A stretch of DNA of 46,815 bases from Bdellovibrionia bacterium (GTDB lineage Bacteria > Bdellovibrionota > UBA1018). Positions 31,132 through 41,078 of the stretch are shown here, one piece after another; position 1 is the stretch's first letter, and each line of letters starts with the position of its first letter. Location of the stretch: positions 1 through 46,815 of the forward strand of contig JBMSSC010000006.1 in the NCBI GenBank assembly GCA_049424145.1, given 5' to 3'. The notes under the pieces were generated by a model that searched no databases, was not told the DNA's origin, and was given only the letters and a program-made list of their open reading frames with translations. The position numbers and the translations under genes were made by a program.

Positions 31132-32412
31132 GTGTCTGCATTGGAAAAGTTAATCAATTGGCAGTCCCTAGGGCTGTCTCCAGCGGCAGTTCAATTAGTT
31201 TCTCAAGCGGGTTTTCACGCTCCCACTCCTGTTCAGGCCCAAACCATCCCGGTGGTCTTAGAAGGGAAAGACGTCATCGCCTCAGCTCAAACCGGTACCG
31301 GTAAAACGGCAAGCTTTGTTTTACCCATGGTGGAGCGTTTTGCAGGTCGAGAAGGAACGTTTGGTTTAATCCTAGCTCCCACGCGAGAAATTGCCCAACA
31401 GATTCAAGGCACTTTGGAGCTTTTTGGAGCTCCACGCCAGGTTCGCTCCATTGTCCTCATTGGAGGAGTGGATATGAAGCTGGATGCCAAAGCCATTCAA
31501 ACCTATCCTCAAGTCATTGTGGCCACGCCTGGGCGTCTTTGTGATCACTTGGAGCGAGGATCTCTCTGGCTTGATTTCATTGAGATGGTGGTCTTAGATG
31601 AAGCGGATCGCATGCTCGACATGGGTTTTTCAGCTCAGCTCTCCCGCGTCATGCAAGAAGTCCCCGCCACTCGACAAACCCTGTTATTCTCAGCCACGAT
31701 TTCACCTCAAGTGGAGAAGCTCTCCAGTCGTATCCTGCGTCAGCCCCAAAAAATTGCCATCGGAAAGCCCCAATCCGCTGCCGGAGGCGTTGAGCAGACC
31801 GTCATTTGGATGGATGAGGCCTCGAAGAGTCGTGCTTTGAGAAAGCTCCTTGAGGAAGAAAAGGGCAGCATCATTGTATTCACCCGCTCCAAAGAAGGGG
31901 CGACTCGTGTCTGGCGCTCTTTGCATAGTGCTGGGATTTATGATGCCACCTACATTCACTCAGATCGAATTCAAGCCCACCGAGAACAGGCGTTAGCCGA
32001 ATTTAAAGAGGGCAAGTACCGAATTTTAATTGCAACGGATGTTGCCGGGCGAGGCATTCACGTGGATGAAGTGGCTCATGTGATCAATTATGACTTGCCC
32101 ATTGATGCCGATAGCTACACTCATCGGATTGGTCGCACCGGGCGAGCGGGGATGTCGGGAAAAGCCACCACATTCGCCACACCTCGTGATCGTCGCATGA
32201 TTCAGGAAATTGAAAAAGTGCTCAGGATGAGAATTCCGTCTCAAAATCATCCGAGATCCGAGACGAGGCCTGAAAAAATCCAACCTCGATCCCCAGGCGC
32301 GCATTCGGAATCTCGCTCCCAGTCTGAGCCCCAAGAGCAAAAACGTCGGAGGAGGAGAAGGCGTTTTTCTTCCTCTAAGCCCGACATAAGAAAGCCAAAC
32401 GATCCCTCATGA
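31132..32412 (+). CDS. DEAD-box RNA helicase (RhlE-like)
   Basis: Q motif, AQTGTGKT, PTRE, DEAD, SAT, HRIGRTGRAG; Arg-rich tail. Confidence 0.95.
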   Translation: MSALEKLINWQSLGLSPAAVQLVSQAGFHAPTPVQAQTIPVVLEGKDVIASAQTGTGKTASFVLPMVERFAGREGTFGLILAPTREIAQQIQGTLELFGAPRQVRSIVLIGGVDMKLDAKAIQTYPQVIVATPGRLCDHLERGSLWLDFIEMVVLDEADRMLDMGFSAQLSRVMQEVPATRQTLLFSATISPQVEKLSSRILRQPQKIAIGKPQSAAGGVEQTVIWMDEASKSRALRKLLEEEKGSIIVFTRSKEGATRVWRSLHSAGIYDATYIHSDRIQAHREQALAEFKEGKYRILIATDVAGRGIHVDEVAHVINYDLPIDADSYTHRIGRTGRAGMSGKATTFATPRDRRMIQEIEKVLRMRIPSQNHPRSETRPEKIQPRSPGAHSESRSQSEPQEQKRRRRRRRFSSSKPDIRKPNDPS

Positions 32413-32729
32413 GCTGGGTTCTGTTAGTGGCTGCGATTTTCTTTGAAACCTCAGGCACCCTCTGTCTGAAATTCTCTCAAGGATTCACTCGCCTGTGGCC
32501 AACCCTAGGGCTGGTCGTCTTCTATGCGCTTTGTTTCTTCTGCCTTTCACTTGCCGTCAGAAAAATTGACCTGGCCATTGCCTATGCCGTTTGGTCGGGC
32601 GTGGGGACGGCTCTCATTACGACGTTTGGTGTTTTGTTTTTTAAGCAGGCCCTTACTCCTCTCCAAGTTTTCTTTCTCGTTTTAATTATGATTGGAGTGG
32701 TGGGCTTAAATCTCGTCTCCCAGCGTTGA
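32409..32729 (+). CDS. SMR family multidrug efflux transporter
   Basis: 106 aa, four TM, membrane Glu (FET), AYAVWSGVG. Confidence 0.92.
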   Translation: MSWVLLVAAIFFETSGTLCLKFSQGFTRLWPTLGLVVFYALCFFCLSLAVRKIDLAIAYAVWSGVGTALITTFGVLFFKQALTPLQVFFLVLIMIGVVGLNLVSQR

Positions 32730-32853
32730 CAGGACTATGGCTTCCGATCGGATCTAGCAAGCGCCCCGTTTCAGAAGTGCAGGTCTAACGGCCCTAAGCC
32801 ACACGTCTGGCGCGGCGGGGAGCACGATTAGCTTCTGATCACTTTTTTGTGAG

Positions 32854-32900
32854 AGGCTTGCTCAGCATGTGAAAAGACTGAAGCAAGCCTTTCATTTTGT
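32854..32900. terminator. Probable terminator between convergent SMR and tex genes
   Basis: AGGCTTGCT...AGCAAGCCT stem followed by T-rich tract. Confidence 0.5.
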
Positions 32901-32936
32901 TTTTTGCCCATCGATTCAAAATCAGCCGTCAGGCTC

Positions 32937-35363
32937 TCACTTGGGTTTCAGTGAGCTTTTTAAAGCAGCGAGGCCGGCAAAAGCATTATTAAACACCTCT
33001 TTAGGCTTTTTCTGCGCATGAATCGGGGAAGGTCCTCCAGGAGCTCTTCGCTTGATGGAGTCCGCGGACCCTCCACTGGCTTGAGAAGGGGAGTGGGGAA
33101 ATTTTCGGTCCCCGCGCGGTTGAGGGGAGGAGAAGCTCCCTTTTTTTCCGGCCACAGCCACCGGAGGAGCTTTGGGTCGTTCTTGCGTATTTTTCATGGA
33201 AAGTGAGATTTGGTTCTTCTCCACATTCACTTCCAGAACTCGCACTTTGACCTGATCCCCGGGACTGACTACTTCCTTGGGGTCCTTGACGAAGTGATCA
33301 CTGAGTTGTGAGATGTGAACCAGTCCGTCTTGGTGAACGCCGATGTCCACGAAGGCTCCGAAGTTGGTGACATTAGTGACAATCCCCGGGCAGAGCATGC
33401 CTGGCTTTAAATCCTTCACCTCAAAGACATTTTCAAGAAATTGAAATGGAGTGAACTGCTCTCGTGGGTCCCGTCCTGGTTTTTCAAGTTCCTTGATGAT
33501 GTCCTCATAGGTAAATTCACCTACTTGGGCTTTAAAAGCAGGGTTGCTCTTAATCAGAGAAACTCCAGAACCGGTGAAGTCTTTCACTGACTTACCCAGT
33601 TGTTGGGCAAGCGCGTTGAGCTTCTCGTAGTTTTCTGGGTGAACGCCGGTGTTATCCAGAGGATTTGAACTATTGGGGATTCGTAAAAATCCGGCCGCTT
33701 GCTCAAAGGCTTTCTTACTGAAGCGATCGACTTTCAGGAGATCCTCTCGGGATTGAAAAAGTCCCTTTTGGTTTCTAAATTCCACCAGCGACTTAGCTAA
33801 GCTAGGACCGATTCCCGACACATAGGAGAGCAAGTGGTAGGAAGCCGTGTTGAGGTTCACACCGACTTGGTTGACGCAAGATTCCACGACACTGGCAAGG
33901 CTTCGTTTTAAAGAATGCGGTGAGACGTCGTGTTGATACTGTCCCACTCCAATGCTCTTGGGATCCACCTTCACCAATTCGGCCAATGGGTCTTGAAGCC
34001 TTCTTGCGATGGAAATGGCACCGCGAACCGTTAAGTCTAAATCGGGGAATTCCTCGCGTGCCGCTTCACTGGCGCTGTACACACTGGCTCCAGATTCGCT
34101 CACCATGATGACTGGGATTTTGATATCATTTTGAACTAAAACCTTACGAATGAAGGTTTCCGACTCTCGGCCTGCTGTTCCGTTTCCGACTGCAATGCAG
34201 GAGAGTCCTCCCGTTTTTACGATCTCACAAAGCAGGACTCCTGCTTTTTCTCTCTCGGCTTCGGAGTTGAGAAAAATGACCGTACTTGCAATGTACTTTC
34301 CAGAATCATCAACCACGGCGATTTTACATCCCGTTTTCACTCCAGGATCCACGCCTAAGACTGATTTAGCGCCATAAGGGGCTGCTAATAGCAGTCGCCT
34401 GAGGTTTTCTGCAAACACATCAATGGCTGAAGCATCGGCCACTTCCCTTAACGCCTTGTGAATTTCATTTTCAATGCTCGTTAGAACGTGCGCTTTAAAT
34501 GCCAAGTGGGCTGCGCGAAGAAGGATTTCTCGCCCTGGAGATTCAGCCAAGGTGGTGGCTTCATTTTCAAACGCTCGGAGAAGATTTTTTTCAAACTCGG
34601 CGTCATCCATAGGGCCTTCAATGGAGAGAATGAGCTCCTCTTCTGTCCAGCCGCGCTTCATGGCCAAATACCGATGCGAGTTTTGAGGAAGCAGCAGGGA
34701 GGCAATGCCTTCACGGTACTCAAAGTAGTTTTCAAACTTACTGTTGGGCTTTGCTTTTTTGCCCTTCTTGGTTTGAATCGTTCCTTTGGAGAAAAACTGC
34801 TCTCTCACCAGTTGCCTGAGGTGTTGAATTTCTGAGATCCTCTCAATGAGAATATCCTGAGCCCCGGCAATGGCTGCAGCGGCATCAGGAATGTCTTTGG
34901 CCTCATTCCTAAAAGTAAAGGCCCAGATCTCTAAGGTTTGCCCCGGATGAGGCGTCTGTAGGCCATGCCCACAATCCCAAATCCACTGAGCAAGAGGCTC
35001 CAGTCCCGCTTCTTTGGCCGTTGCCGCACGGGTTTTTCTTTTGATCTTATAAGGAAGGTAGAGGTCTTCTAACACTTCGGGCTTAAACGTGGAGAGAATT
35101 TGGGCTTTGAGCTCAGCAGTGAGCTTTTTCTGGCTTTCAATTTCCCCGATGATAAAAGCCTGTCGCTTGATCAGGGTGTCCCAGCGTTCCTTGCCTTCGA
35201 TAATGTTCTGAATGGCCACTTCATCTAAGCTTCCGGTGCGCTCTTTTCGGTAGCGAGCGATAAAAGGCACGGTGGCTCCTTCTGCCGAAAGCGAGAGAAC
35301 CGCTGTCACAGAGGGTAATGGAATCTCAGGATGGATTGTTTGTAACCAGGTTTCAAAATTCAC
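32937..35363 (-). CDS. tex: Tex family RNA-binding transcriptional accessory protein
   Basis: GATVPFIARYRKE, YqgF-like GVDPG..TGCK, ARRLQDPLAELVK, HhH, C-terminal S1 (FGAFVDIGVHQDGLVHIS); GGAGG before GTG. Confidence 0.95.
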   Translation of the reverse strand: MNFETWLQTIHPEIPLPSVTAVLSLSAEGATVPFIARYRKERTGSLDEVAIQNIIEGKERWDTLIKRQAFIIGEIESQKKLTAELKAQILSTFKPEVLEDLYLPYKIKRKTRAATAKEAGLEPLAQWIWDCGHGLQTPHPGQTLEIWAFTFRNEAKDIPDAAAAIAGAQDILIERISEIQHLRQLVREQFFSKGTIQTKKGKKAKPNSKFENYFEYREGIASLLLPQNSHRYLAMKRGWTEEELILSIEGPMDDAEFEKNLLRAFENEATTLAESPGREILLRAAHLAFKAHVLTSIENEIHKALREVADASAIDVFAENLRRLLLAAPYGAKSVLGVDPGVKTGCKIAVVDDSGKYIASTVIFLNSEAEREKAGVLLCEIVKTGGLSCIAVGNGTAGRESETFIRKVLVQNDIKIPVIMVSESGASVYSASEAAREEFPDLDLTVRGAISIARRLQDPLAELVKVDPKSIGVGQYQHDVSPHSLKRSLASVVESCVNQVGVNLNTASYHLLSYVSGIGPSLAKSLVEFRNQKGLFQSREDLLKVDRFSKKAFEQAAGFLRIPNSSNPLDNTGVHPENYEKLNALAQQLGKSVKDFTGSGVSLIKSNPAFKAQVGEFTYEDIIKELEKPGRDPREQFTPFQFLENVFEVKDLKPGMLCPGIVTNVTNFGAFVDIGVHQDGLVHISQLSDHFVKDPKEVVSPGDQVKVRVLEVNVEKNQISLSMKNTQERPKAPPVAVAGKKGSFSSPQPRGDRKFPHSPSQASGGSADSIKRRAPGGPSPIHAQKKPKEVFNNAFAGLAALKSSLKPK

Positions 35364-35384
35364 TGCAGCTTACCTCCAAATTAC

Positions 35385-35970
35385 GGTCCTCGTTTGTGAT
35401 TTCCTCTTTGCCCTTCAAGGTGGAATCTCCCCGTCTCGATTAAGCCGCTTTCAGCGGCTTCCACTTGAAACGAATCGGGCTTTTGGCCTCACGCCTCGTT
35501 CTGCCATCGACCGTTTTGTCATTTCGGTCGTCCCATTTACGGATTCCCTGCGTCCCTTTCTCACTGGGCCCAGGCTTTTTCAAATCCGGTTGAGCAGAGG
35601 AGATCGATGTTTCAGACCGGTCAACAGTTCTCTTGGGATGTCTTGCGACTGGATCTGTTAGAAGGAATCGGATGGAGTGAAGGGCTCTCTGGCCTAAAGA
35701 CCAGAGCTTCCCGGGGATTAGCCCGGTTCGCGTTTCTTTGGACATGCAATTTTCGGAATATTCCATCCTCATATTGTCTTATCTTGCCCTCCGCGCGCAC
35801 TTTCCCACCTTCCGTGGGTGACGTTTTTAGAAACTTGTAATCTCGAACTCACGAAGCGCCAAGTTTCTTGAACCTTCTTCGTGCTTTTACAGATTTTACC
35901 CCACATAAGTTTTGCGCGATTTCTCGCTAATGTGGGAACCTTGTATCTGTTTTTTCAAAGAACCAATCTC
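35385..35970 (-). ncRNA. Candidate large structured RNA upstream of tex (longest copy, B, of the dispersed repeat)
   Basis: Many helices on minus strand, GNRA loops, predicted pseudoknot; 5' half (35677-35970) shared with three other copies showing compensatory changes; boundaries approximate. Confidence 0.65.
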
Positions 35971-36072
35971 CTTTTAACGCTCTCAAATCCGGAAGGCAAG
36001 CGCTAAGCTCCCCTTAAAGAGCGCTAAAAAATTGGGTTCAATCTCGGGGTAACCCTGCTAAGGTGCTTGACA

Positions 36073-37899
36073 ATGACACTCTTGGTTAATGCATTTCAAC
36101 TCAGTAAAGCCTTTGCAGCGCGTCCTCTTTTTGAATCCATCACGTTTTCCATTGAATCCGGTGATCGAATTGGACTGATCGGACCTAACGGAGCTGGAAA
36201 ATCAACCTTGCTTCGGATCCTCGCTTCACAAATCTCCTGTGATGAGGGCACTCTTTCGTTTATGAAAGGCCTTCAAGTGGCTTTCTTAGAGCAAGTTCCG
36301 GTCTTCTCCCCTCAAGCGACACTGTTGTCCACGCTCTTGGAGGGCGCCCCAGATCCTGAGGACTGGAAGGCTCAAGGCAGCGCTCAGCAGTGGCTGTCGC
36401 GACTGGGATTTGACGGCTCGGGCGATTTGCGCGTGGACACGCTCTCTGGAGGGCTCAAAAAGCGAGTGGCTTTAGGCCGGGAGTTAATGAAAAATCCAGA
36501 TCTTTTACTCTTAGATGAACCCACAAACCATTTAGACATTCAAGGGGTCCTGTGGTTGGAGGAGTTTTTGTCTCACGCTCGATTTGCAACCTTAACCATC
36601 ACTCATGATCGGCTTTTTTTACAACGAGTCGCCAGCCGCATTTGGGAGCTGGATCGAAGAAACCCAGGAGGGCTATTGAGTGTCTCGGGTGACTACTCCG
36701 TCTACTTGGATGTCAAAGAGCAATTCATTGCCTCTCAGGAGCGGAGGGAGCAGGTTTTAAAGAACACCCTTCGCCGAGAGACTCAATGGTTGAGGCAAGG
36801 GGCAAAAGCTCGAACCACCAAGCAGCAAGCTCGAATCCAAAGAGCTCAAGATCTGGGTCAGGAGGTTCAGGATCTGGAGTTTAGAAATCAATCCCGGCAA
36901 GTGAGACTGGATTTTCAGGAGTCCGAGAGAAGTCCAAAAAAACTCATTGAGGCAAAAAAAATCTCGAAATCCTATGGGGAGAAAAAAATTTTCTCCTCTT
37001 TAGACGTTTTGATCACGCCCGGGAATCGACTGGGTCTTTTGGGTCAAAATGGCTCGGGTAAGTCCACATTGATCCGCGTTCTTTTGGGCCTGGAGAAGCC
37101 TGATGAGGGAATGGTTTTCAGATCCGAGAACCTGAAAGTGGCTTACTTTGAGCAGAATCGAGAAACTTTAGATCCGACTTTGAGCGTTGCCCAAACCCTC
37201 TGTCCTCAGGGGGACTTTGTTCAGTATCAAGGGAATCGAACCCATATTCGAAGCTACTTGGATCGTTTCTTGTTTTCTCAAGATCAAATGGAAATGGCTG
37301 TAGGCAAGCTCTCCGGAGGAGAACAAAGCCGCTTGGCCATTGCTCGGCTCATGTTACAAGAAGCCAATGTTTTAGTCTTAGATGAGCCCACCAATGATTT
37401 AGATCTCCCCACGCTTCGGGTTTTGCAGGATTGTCTGGTCGAGTTCTCAGGCGCTGTGATTTTAGTGACCCATGATCGATACTTTTTGGATCAAGTTGCC
37501 ACCCAGATCCTGGCGTTTGAGGATCGTTCTGGCGAATCCTCCTGTGTCTTTTTTTCAAGCCTAGATCAATGGGAAGACTGGCATCGGACCCAGGCTCAAA
37601 AGCCCGCGGCGCCCCAAGCACCCCTGAAGCCCGCGGCTTCAGAACCCGGCACGCCCTCCGTTTCACCGGTCGAAAAAAAGAAGAAGCTCAGCTACAACGA
37701 GCAGCGCGAGTTGGACTCCATGGAAACCAAGATTCAACAAGCGGAATCCTCATTGGTGGAGTGGACTCAAAAAAGTGAACTTAAAGAAAACCAGTGCAAT
37801 CCCATGAAGCTTGTTGAAATCACCGAGCAGATGCATCAGTTGCAGGCGGAGATTGATCGGCTCTATGCTCGGTGGGCAGAGCTTGAGGCCAAGACTTGA
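36073..37899 (+). CDS. uup: ABC-F family ATPase (Uup-like)
   Basis: Two NBDs (GPNGAGKS, GQNGSGKS, LSGG, DEPTN), KARTTKQQARI linker, C-terminal KKLSYNEQREL...RWAELE. Confidence 0.88.
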   Translation: MTLLVNAFQLSKAFAARPLFESITFSIESGDRIGLIGPNGAGKSTLLRILASQISCDEGTLSFMKGLQVAFLEQVPVFSPQATLLSTLLEGAPDPEDWKAQGSAQQWLSRLGFDGSGDLRVDTLSGGLKKRVALGRELMKNPDLLLLDEPTNHLDIQGVLWLEEFLSHARFATLTITHDRLFLQRVASRIWELDRRNPGGLLSVSGDYSVYLDVKEQFIASQERREQVLKNTLRRETQWLRQGAKARTTKQQARIQRAQDLGQEVQDLEFRNQSRQVRLDFQESERSPKKLIEAKKISKSYGEKKIFSSLDVLITPGNRLGLLGQNGSGKSTLIRVLLGLEKPDEGMVFRSENLKVAYFEQNRETLDPTLSVAQTLCPQGDFVQYQGNRTHIRSYLDRFLFSQDQMEMAVGKLSGGEQSRLAIARLMLQEANVLVLDEPTNDLDLPTLRVLQDCLVEFSGAVILVTHDRYFLDQVATQILAFEDRSGESSCVFFSSLDQWEDWHRTQAQKPAAPQAPLKPAASEPGTPSVSPVEKKKKLSYNEQRELDSMETKIQQAESSLVEWTQKSELKENQCNPMKLVEITEQMHQLQAEIDRLYARWAELEAKT

Positions 37900-37934
37900 C
37901 GGCGTCATGAAGATAGAAAAAGATCACCTCGGCC

Positions 37935-38696
37935 CTACGGGGTTTGCTTGCGCATTTGGATTTGAACAAAGCCCCTGAACTTGGACTCCGTTCGATCCCA
38001 GGTGGCCATGGCTTGAAGAAGAGCTTCCTCTGAAACCCAGTAGGGTTCATACCAACTGCGATCTGGATCTAAAATTAAGACTTTCTTCTTCTCTGCATCA
38101 TACGCGCCCACGGGGGAGTAGTGACCGACTGGGGCATCTCCAGTGAGGGTTCCCTGCAGAAAGTTCACCACAAGAAAGGCTCCCTGGGGTGTTTCACTTT
38201 CCACAAGCGCTGCATGAAGCTTTTTTCGGCTCTCCTCCAAGGTGTTATCGATATGAACCGTTCGGATGGATGCCGTGGGGATTTCAAGTCGTTCGGCGGC
38301 CTCTTGGATAGCCTCGGCCATGAAGTCGAGCCCCACGCCTCGTCCGCCTTGAGTGAGCCAGTTTTTCCAAGCACGGCTTTTGGCGTTCTTAAGCACGTCG
38401 TCTTGAGTGATGAGTGGCGTATCGGCTGAGAGTTTTTGATGGGCTCGAGCTGCATTGAGAATGAGAGTGACCGATGCAACCGAACATGCCGCACCATCTC
38501 TTTGGCCCGTATAGTAGGGGATCAGTTGCCAAAAGTGAGGGGCAGGGTGCCCTTGGAAATACTCAGGGGCAAGAGAAAGGGGGGTCGCCTCGGGTCCATA
38601 TTTCGGTTTCGGGGCTGAAAATCCTAAGACGGGCTGACCACAGAGGAAAACAAGGATCCACGCAAATGAAGTCTGGGTTCGGAAGCGATTTGGCAT
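37935..38696 (-). CDS. Phytochelatin synthase family protein (exported)
   Basis: Cys (ACSVAS), His (GHYSPVGAYD), Asp (LILDPD) papain-like triad; signal peptide. Confidence 0.88.
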   Translation of the reverse strand: MPNRFRTQTSFAWILVFLCGQPVLGFSAPKPKYGPEATPLSLAPEYFQGHPAPHFWQLIPYYTGQRDGAACSVASVTLILNAARAHQKLSADTPLITQDDVLKNAKSRAWKNWLTQGGRGVGLDFMAEAIQEAAERLEIPTASIRTVHIDNTLEESRKKLHAALVESETPQGAFLVVNFLQGTLTGDAPVGHYSPVGAYDAEKKKVLILDPDRSWYEPYWVSEEALLQAMATWDRTESKFRGFVQIQMRKQTP

Positions 38697-38933
38697 GATT
38701 CAAAAGATACCGGAAGTGCTCTGGATTCATCCAGTTTTTTGTTCGCCTTGCTCTTTTGTTTTGAGTTTGCTAGAAGAATTGAGGAAAGCAAAGCGAGAGA
38801 TCCAAGGTCCGTCGTTGACACAGCCCGGGCCAAGTTGTAATGTCTCGTTCAGCCCAATTGGACCGATCTTAAAACTTATTTTTCGACAAGAAAATCCAAT
38901 TTTAAGATCCCTGTTTTTTGAAAATAAAGATGC

Positions 38934-39023
38934 GGAGAGATGGCCGAGTGGTCGAAGGCACTCCCTTGCTAAGGGAGCAGCGGGTAAAACCGCTCGAGAG
39001 TTCGAATCTCTCTCTCTCCGCCA
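38934..39023 (+). tRNA. tRNA-Ser (anticodon GCT)
   Basis: CTCCC-TTGCTAA-GGGAG anticodon arm, long variable arm, GTTCGAATC, encoded CCA. Confidence 0.97.
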
Positions 39024-39224
39024 TTTTTAAAAAACAACCATTCTCAATAGCTTTCAAACTTTCTCAATCTAAATGCTTATCCAGAGATCATCGCCATTGC
39101 GTTGTGGAGCGCTAGACTTGTTGACGTTGATCCAAACTTTTTAGCCTGCAAACCTCTGGTTCTTCTCCGTTAGGGGGAGTTAGGGCTTTCCCTGTTGCCC
39201 TCCAGTTTTCTATCCGCAATCCCC

Positions 39225-39485
39225 GAGAAAGTTCTTTGCAATTTAGAAAACTTTTGCGGGGTAAAATCTAAAAAGTACGGCAGAAAGTTCTAGACACTTG
39301 GCCCTCCGTGAGTTCGAGATGGCAGTGTCTCAAAACGTCACCCACGGAAAGTGGGGAAGTGCGTGTGGAGGGCAGGATCAGACGATATGAGGATGGAATA
39401 TTTCCGAAAATCGCAAGCTCTGAGAAACGCGAATTGGGCTAATCCCCCGGGAAGCTCTGGTCTTTCAGACTGGGGAGCTGTTCAC
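39225..39485 (+). repeat. Dispersed structured repeat, copy C
   Basis: Collinear with copies A and B; short internal deletion near the 5' end. Confidence 0.9.
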
Positions 39486-39693
39486 TTTGGAAAAGCGCAA
39501 AGTGATCCAGGTTTCACCGTCTCACAAATCAAGTGTGGTCCTAAGGACTCTCGTCTGTTTGAGTGGAGTGAGCCGATGAGACACCTCAACATTTACTTAA
39601 GTGTGTCTTGCTGGACTCAGGCTTGATTCTACTAAAGTTTTTTATAAAATTAAAAAATTTATAATACTAATTTTATGCTATAGTAAATAAAGT

Positions 39694-40899
39694 ATGAATA
39701 AAATAATAACAATTAATCACCAGTTTGTTTTGTTTGCTCTTGTAATCATGATCTCAGCTTCTTTTGGTTGTAATGGAGCCAATGACTCGAATCAAGCCAG
39801 TCAATCGGCGGGAGGAAGCGCTCATTTCCGGAACGATCGTGTCGCTGTTGGTGGTTACCATTCGTGCGGAATTACTTTATCAGGCGCTTTAAAATGCTGG
39901 GGTTTGAATGCTGATGGTCGAGTAGGCAACAAGACTGAAACGGGAGATCAGCTCAGCCCGGTTGCAATCGATAGGGGCTCGACGTATTCACAGATTTCAG
40001 CAGGAGAGTCTCACACTTGCGGGATTACAGGCACTGGGATTGTTAAGTGCTGGGGCTCTGACAGCACTGGCCAATTAGGAAATGGATCTACGACGGGTGA
40101 CCAAGTCGCTCCAGTTGAGATCGCGTCCGACAGTGATACGACTTACTCACAGATCGCAGCAGGAGGGCATCATACATGTGCGATTACCAGCGCAGGTGTA
40201 TTACAGTGCTGGGGTTCTGACGGCAATGGCCAATTAGGAAATGGACCTACATCGGTTAACCTGAGCTCACCCATTGTAGTTGATGAAGGTACTCTTTATT
40301 CTCGGATTGCAGCGGGAGATCGTCATACATGCGGTATCACCAGTACGGGGATTTTAAAGTGCTGGGGTTCTGACACCAATAACCAAATAGGAAATGGGAC
40401 AGGAACGGTAGATCAGAACGATCCGGTGGAGATCGATCGTGGAACCAGCTATTCGCAGATTTCGGCAGGATACCACCACACCTGTGGCATCACAACTGGG
40501 GGCGTATTAAAGTGTTGGGGGAAAAATTATTCCGGTCAACTAGGAGATGGTTCGACTGGAGGCGAGGAGGCTTTACCGGTTGAAATCGATCGTGGGACCA
40601 CTTATTCACTGATTGCAGCGGGAACGAACCACACCTGTGGAATTACAAGCACTGGGATCTTAAAATGTTGGGGTCATCAAAATTTCGGTGCTTTGGGAAA
40701 TGGCCTGACCGGCGGATTAGAGGGCTCTCCGGTTGAAATCGATCGTGGGACTCAGTATTCCCAGCTTGCGACTGGAGATCGCACCACCTGCGCGATCACA
40801 GTCGAAGGGGACTTTAAGTGCTGGGGGCGGAATACCAATGGTCAGATTGGAGATGGATCCACGAATGATGGCTCTTATCCAATACCGATTAGTTTTTAA
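39694..40899 (+). CDS. RCC1/BLIP-II repeat beta-propeller lipoprotein
   Basis: SFGC lipobox; seven repeats of AG..HTCGIT..G.LKCWG....GQLG.G. Confidence 0.92.
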   Translation: MNKIITINHQFVLFALVIMISASFGCNGANDSNQASQSAGGSAHFRNDRVAVGGYHSCGITLSGALKCWGLNADGRVGNKTETGDQLSPVAIDRGSTYSQISAGESHTCGITGTGIVKCWGSDSTGQLGNGSTTGDQVAPVEIASDSDTTYSQIAAGGHHTCAITSAGVLQCWGSDGNGQLGNGPTSVNLSSPIVVDEGTLYSRIAAGDRHTCGITSTGILKCWGSDTNNQIGNGTGTVDQNDPVEIDRGTSYSQISAGYHHTCGITTGGVLKCWGKNYSGQLGDGSTGGEEALPVEIDRGTTYSLIAAGTNHTCGITSTGILKCWGHQNFGALGNGLTGGLEGSPVEIDRGTQYSQLATGDRTTCAITVEGDFKCWGRNTNGQIGDGSTNDGSYPIPISF

Positions 40900-41078
40900 A
40901 AGCGCTTTTCCGATTTGCAAAAAAACGCTAAATTTTACGGTCCGCATCCAGATCGCTCGATTGAATGGAGAAGAGCAAGGGACTCTATTACTAGTGGCGA
41001 GTCATTTAGGTGTGGGTCTAACTTAGGAATACCTGGTGTCCTTAAAAAAACAAAACGTGATCTAGAAAAATTGGTCTA

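Noticed and set aside
32340..32412. Guanidine riboswitch upstream of the SMR gene
   Set aside because: The SMR start overlaps the helicase stop; there is no leader and no paired ACGR hairpins.
32770..32822. Twister ribozyme (GGCCCTAAGCC resembles the P4 loop)
   Set aside because: The required P2 and pseudoknot partners after UAA could not be found.
35440..35772. 110-aa ORF (and 39351-39626, 35272-35661, 35607-35840) inside the repeat copies
   Set aside because: The shared MRMEY start is followed by frameshifts or a stop in other copies; conservation follows base pairing rather than codons.
35385..35800. Group II intron reading of the large element (GTGCG after a hairpin; AGCCGC-TGAAA-GCGGCT as domain V)
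   Set aside because: Similarity among copies extends >150 nt upstream of GTGCG, the hairpin lacks the length and bulge of domain V, and there is no domain VI or RT ORF.
35385..35970. RNase P RNA, tmRNA or a c-di-GMP/c-di-AMP riboswitch as the identity of the element
   Set aside because: No GAGGAAAGTCC or P4 partner and no tRNA-like ends. Only isolated fragments such as GGGACGCA or GCTAAT occur, without the surrounding consensus. An Rfam scan is still needed.
39694..40899. Internal DNA repeats as a CRISPR array or DGR template/variable pair
   Set aside because: They are in-frame RCC1 protein repeats with synonymous divergence; no cas or RT genes and no adenine-specific mismatch pattern seen.
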